Below are positions 54,587-57,523 of a DNA stretch of 57,523 nt, piece by piece. Under the pieces are notes generated by a model. It was not told the DNA's origin and searched no databases. It was given only the letters and a program-made list of their open reading frames with translations. The translations under genes were made by a program, and so were the position numbers. The DNA lies in the NCBI GenBank assembly GCA_964595075.1, contig CAZQNT010000003.1, positions 7,666 through 65,188 on the forward strand, given 5' to 3'. The stretch's first letter is position 1; every line of letters begins with the position of its first letter. Source of the DNA: an uncultured Gammaproteobacteria bacterium (GTDB lineage: Bacteria > Patescibacteriota > Patescibacteriia > 2-12-FULL-60-25).

Positions 54587-55122
54587 TTATGACAAAAAGG
54601 CGCTGGGTAATCGTAATTGCGGCATCCATAATTGTCGGCTTGGCGCAGGTTTGTTTTTTCAGTATTCTTCCGACTCCATGGAGGGAATTTCAGCCCGTAC
54701 TTCCGATAGCCGCAGTATTTTTGATACTTAACAGATCCAATGCCGCAATGGTTTTTGCCGGCATCGCCGGGTTTGTTTTAGATTTGTTCAGTCCGGGTTT
54801 TTATAAGTTCGCGGTAGCGGAATATATTTTGATAACCCTTGCGTTGATATTTATTTTGGAAACCGTTCTCACGAATCGTTCGGTTTATGTTATGGCGACT
54901 CTTGTTGTTATCGGCAGAACGCTTTCGATAATTTGGGAAGTTACGGCGGCTTTCGCATCCAATTTGTTTTTCAAATCTTCCTTGTCGTACGGCTCCGTCC
55001 AAGCTTTTTTTATTTCTTGTCTCTGGGATATCGCATTCGTAGCGATTCTGTTTTTCATGATAGCGCGCTTCACCAGACGTTTTCTCATACCGGTAATCCA
55101 AAGCGGAGCTTATGAGTATTGA
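54583..55122 (+). CDS. mreD: MreD-like polytopic membrane protein
   Basis: Position between mreC and PBP2; five hydrophobic segments. Confidence 0.6.
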   Translation: MIMTKRRWVIVIAASIIVGLAQVCFFSILPTPWREFQPVLPIAAVFLILNRSNAAMVFAGIAGFVLDLFSPGFYKFAVAEYILITLALIFILETVLTNRSVYVMATLVVIGRTLSIIWEVTAAFASNLFFKSSLSYGSVQAFFISCLWDIAFVAILFFMIARFTRRFLIPVIQSGAYEY

Positions 55123-57028
55123 TCCGTTTCCGTGGAGAGACGATGGCGGACTCGGTCAATCGGTAAGAACCGAATCGCCGTCGCTTGTTTCCCATGAAGT
55201 GATGTATGAAAAGGATATTACCCACTTGAAAGAGCGTCCTTTGTTTATGGGAAACGCGATTCCGCGTAAACGGTTTAATTTCGCAATCGTTTTCGTAGGA
55301 TTGATCGTAGCCGTGCTTGTCGGACGCGCTTTTTGGATGCAGATAGTGAATGGAGCTTCTTTTCGAGCGCAGGCGGATAGGAATCGTTTGCGTTATGAAG
55401 TGAAGTTGCCGAAGAGGGGAGTTATTCGCGACAGAAACGGTTACATCCTGGCAGAAAACGTGCCGTCTTTCGAATTACGCGCGGTCGAGCGTCTTTTGCC
55501 GCTGTCCTCGAACGAGCGCGCGGAACTTTTGGCGAAGGTCGGACGCGCAGTGGGTTTATCAGTAAATGAAATCGAACAGGTTTTTGCTTCTTCGACGGAT
55601 CCGGACGACAGCTCCGTGCTTAAGCGCGATATCCCTTATGACCAGGCGATAGCGGTCAATATTCTAGCCGGACAATATCCCGCCCTGGAAATCGTTGTCG
55701 GAAGTAAAAGAAAATATTTCTCGGAATCGGATGTTTTGAGTTTTTCGCACGTTCTGGGTTATCTCGCTCCGATAACTCCGGAGGAATTGGATGAGAAGAG
55801 GAAGCTTGGATATAGCCAGATTGATTTGATAGGAAAAACAGGGGTCGAGTCGCAATATGAAGAGATGTTGCGCGGAACCCCGGGAGTCACGATTTATGAA
55901 GTCGATTCGCGGCACAGAAAAACGGCGGTAATCGAGGAGCGTCAGTCCAAAGACGGAACGGATTTGGTTTTAGCGATTGACGCCCATTTGCAGTCGGCGG
56001 CGGAAAGAGCTCTTCGCGACGGTTTGCAAAAAGCCAAGGTTACGCGAGGAGCGGTTGTGGCGCTTGATCCTCGAAACGGAGACATCATCGCTTCCGTTTC
56101 TTTGCCAGCGTATGACAATAATATATTTTCCGGCACCGTATCATCCACCGGATATCGTCTCCTATTGCAGAACGAAGATCGTCCGTTTCTTCCACGCGCT
56201 TGGGCCGGTGTTTATCCTTCCGGTTCTACGGCAAAACCGGTTATCGCGACTGCGGGATTGGCGGAGGGTGTGATAACGCCGAAGACCACGGTGATTTCAA
56301 CGGGCGGTTTGCAAATAGGTCCGTGGTTTTTTCCCGACTGGAGCGCTGGAGGTCACGGGGTTACGAACGTGAGGCGCGCGATCGCATGGTCGGTGAACAC
56401 GTTTTTTTACGAACTTGGAGGAGGTTATGAAAAATTTATCGGGCTTGGCGTGGATCGTTTAACCGACTGGATGCGTAGATTCGGACTCGGATCAAAGACG
56501 GGTTTGGATATTCCCGGCGAAGCAACCGGCTTCGTTCCGTCACGTGAATGGAAGGAGCGCGTAAAAGGCGAGAAATGGTATGTCGGAGATACTTATAACC
56601 TTTCTATAGGTCAGGGGGATTTGCTGGTAACTCCGCTTCAAGTCGCGTTGTTTACAGCCGAAGTAGCTAACGGAGGGTTGAAGATAAAGCCGCATTTTAT
56701 TAAAAGTACCGAGTACCGAGTGCCGAGTGTCGAAGTGGAGAGGATAGCGCCGGAGGAGGCGGTGCAGACGGTGCGGTTTGGGATGAGGGATACGGTCATT
56801 TATGGCTCCGGGCGGGCCTTGGCCGGGTTTCCGGTGCCAGTAGCAGGAAAGACCGGAACAGCGCAATGGCGTAGCGACCGTCCGAATCACGCTTGGTTTA
56901 CGGCATTTGCGCCGTTCGATAAACCGGAGATAGTGGTCACGGTCCTGATCGAAGAGGGGGCGGAGGGTTCGAGAACGGCGATTCCTGTAGCCCGAGCCGT
57001 GTTGGATGCTTGGATTAAACGCCGGTAG
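55112..57028 (+). CDS. mrdA: Penicillin-binding protein 2 (elongasome transpeptidase)
   Basis: N-terminal TM and dimerisation domain; STAKP (SxxK), SVN, KTGT. Confidence 0.9.
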   Translation: MSIDPFPWRDDGGLGQSVRTESPSLVSHEVMYEKDITHLKERPLFMGNAIPRKRFNFAIVFVGLIVAVLVGRAFWMQIVNGASFRAQADRNRLRYEVKLPKRGVIRDRNGYILAENVPSFELRAVERLLPLSSNERAELLAKVGRAVGLSVNEIEQVFASSTDPDDSSVLKRDIPYDQAIAVNILAGQYPALEIVVGSKRKYFSESDVLSFSHVLGYLAPITPEELDEKRKLGYSQIDLIGKTGVESQYEEMLRGTPGVTIYEVDSRHRKTAVIEERQSKDGTDLVLAIDAHLQSAAERALRDGLQKAKVTRGAVVALDPRNGDIIASVSLPAYDNNIFSGTVSSTGYRLLLQNEDRPFLPRAWAGVYPSGSTAKPVIATAGLAEGVITPKTTVISTGGLQIGPWFFPDWSAGGHGVTNVRRAIAWSVNTFFYELGGGYEKFIGLGVDRLTDWMRRFGLGSKTGLDIPGEATGFVPSREWKERVKGEKWYVGDTYNLSIGQGDLLVTPLQVALFTAEVANGGLKIKPHFIKSTEYRVPSVEVERIAPEEAVQTVRFGMRDTVIYGSGRALAGFPVPVAGKTGTAQWRSDRPNHAWFTAFAPFDKPEIVVTVLIEEGAEGSRTAIPVARAVLDAWIKRR

Positions 57029-57089
57029 GGGCGGGGTTCTCCCGCCCTGGGCGCGGAAACAGGGGAGGGCGGGAGAACCCCGCCCCTAC
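57025..57089. repeat. Inverted pair of family B GTAG/GC-hairpin elements
   Basis: GTAGGGGCGGGGTTCTCCCGCCCTGGGCGCGG aaaca GGGGAGGGCGGGAGAACCCCGCCCCTAC; its TAG is the PBP2 stop. Confidence 0.9.
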
Positions 57090-57223
57090 GCAGATATCTG
57101 GGTACAAAATATTGACAGAACTATTTTTATATGGTTTTTTAGTGCGGCTCCTTTTCTTATTAACGATGCGAACGAACAACTCATGGGCGACACGGTCGTC
57201 CAACAGACAACGGAGAGAGCGAA

Positions 57224-57523
57224 ATGCAGCTCGAATACTATCAACTCCCTCTCGTGTCGCAAGGGCCGTTCAGCGCGGATGAGCTAGGCGAGGAGTTCGA
57301 CAGGATCGACCCTCTGATCGCCACGGCACGGCTCGAGCCGACCATGGCGCGAAGCAGACCGATCAAGAGCTTCTTGACCGTGAACGGATACCTGATCCGG
57401 CTGCCGTGCGGCGGACGCACCAGGGATGCGCTCAACCTCGGCGCGGAGCGCGGATTCCTTCCGGCGCTTCCGAACGAGCTTCTCGCGTACGCTCGCATCA
57501 AGCAGGCGGACTGCGGCTCCGAG
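57224..57523 (+). CDS. 5' part of an unknown GC-rich gene, open at the window edge
   Basis: ATG with GGAGAG 5 nt upstream; 100 codons without a stop (MQLEYYQLPLVSQGPFSADELG...); not in the ORF track because it has no stop. Confidence 0.45.
   Translation, partial: MQLEYYQLPLVSQGPFSADELGEEFDRIDPLIATARLEPTMARSRPIKSFLTVNGYLIRLPCGGRTRDALNLGAERGFLPALPNELLAYARIKQADCGSE

Overview
57.5-kb fragment of a standard-code bacterium; TGA, TAA and TAG all close genes at expected lengths. Gene content and repeat families look like a Candidate Phyla Radiation/Patescibacteria (Parcubacteria-like) genome, which is inference only. Backbone genes are era, two RNA methyltransferases, a GT2, murJ, lepA, recJ, an ABC exporter, rnhA and a ~13-kb type IV pilus locus. 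That locus holds pilM, pilN/O/P-like genes, pilB, a CheY-like receiver, pilC, two pilins, pilD and four minor-pilin-like genes. It is followed by ligA, gatCA, lgt, two DsbA-like genes, an RRM protein, an 1810-aa tandem-repeat surface protein, tRNA-Ser(GGA), tgt, a UvrD-type helicase-nuclease, a DUF721-like gene and mreBCD-PBP2. Most notable observations: (1) A RAYT-type HUH transposase sits among ten copies of a 22-24-bp perfect palindrome. The conserved 5' flank of that palindrome is a DnaA-box 9-mer, and the copies delimit accessory segments, including an islet next to tRNA-Ser. (2) A second repeat family (GTAG plus GC hairpin) lies in frame inside recJ, builds a pilin leader peptide and donates the TAG stop of three genes. 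(3) At least four further structured repeat families occupy gene and operon junctions. (4) The giant gene contains near-identical 438-bp repeats. (5) Gene-level oddities: an in-frame stop in era, a probable frameshift in the RRM gene, a Tgt lacking all four Zn ligands, tandem beta-carbonic-anhydrase-like genes coupled to the helicase, and several apparently leaderless genes. No CRISPR array, rRNA, integrase or reverse transcriptase was seen.
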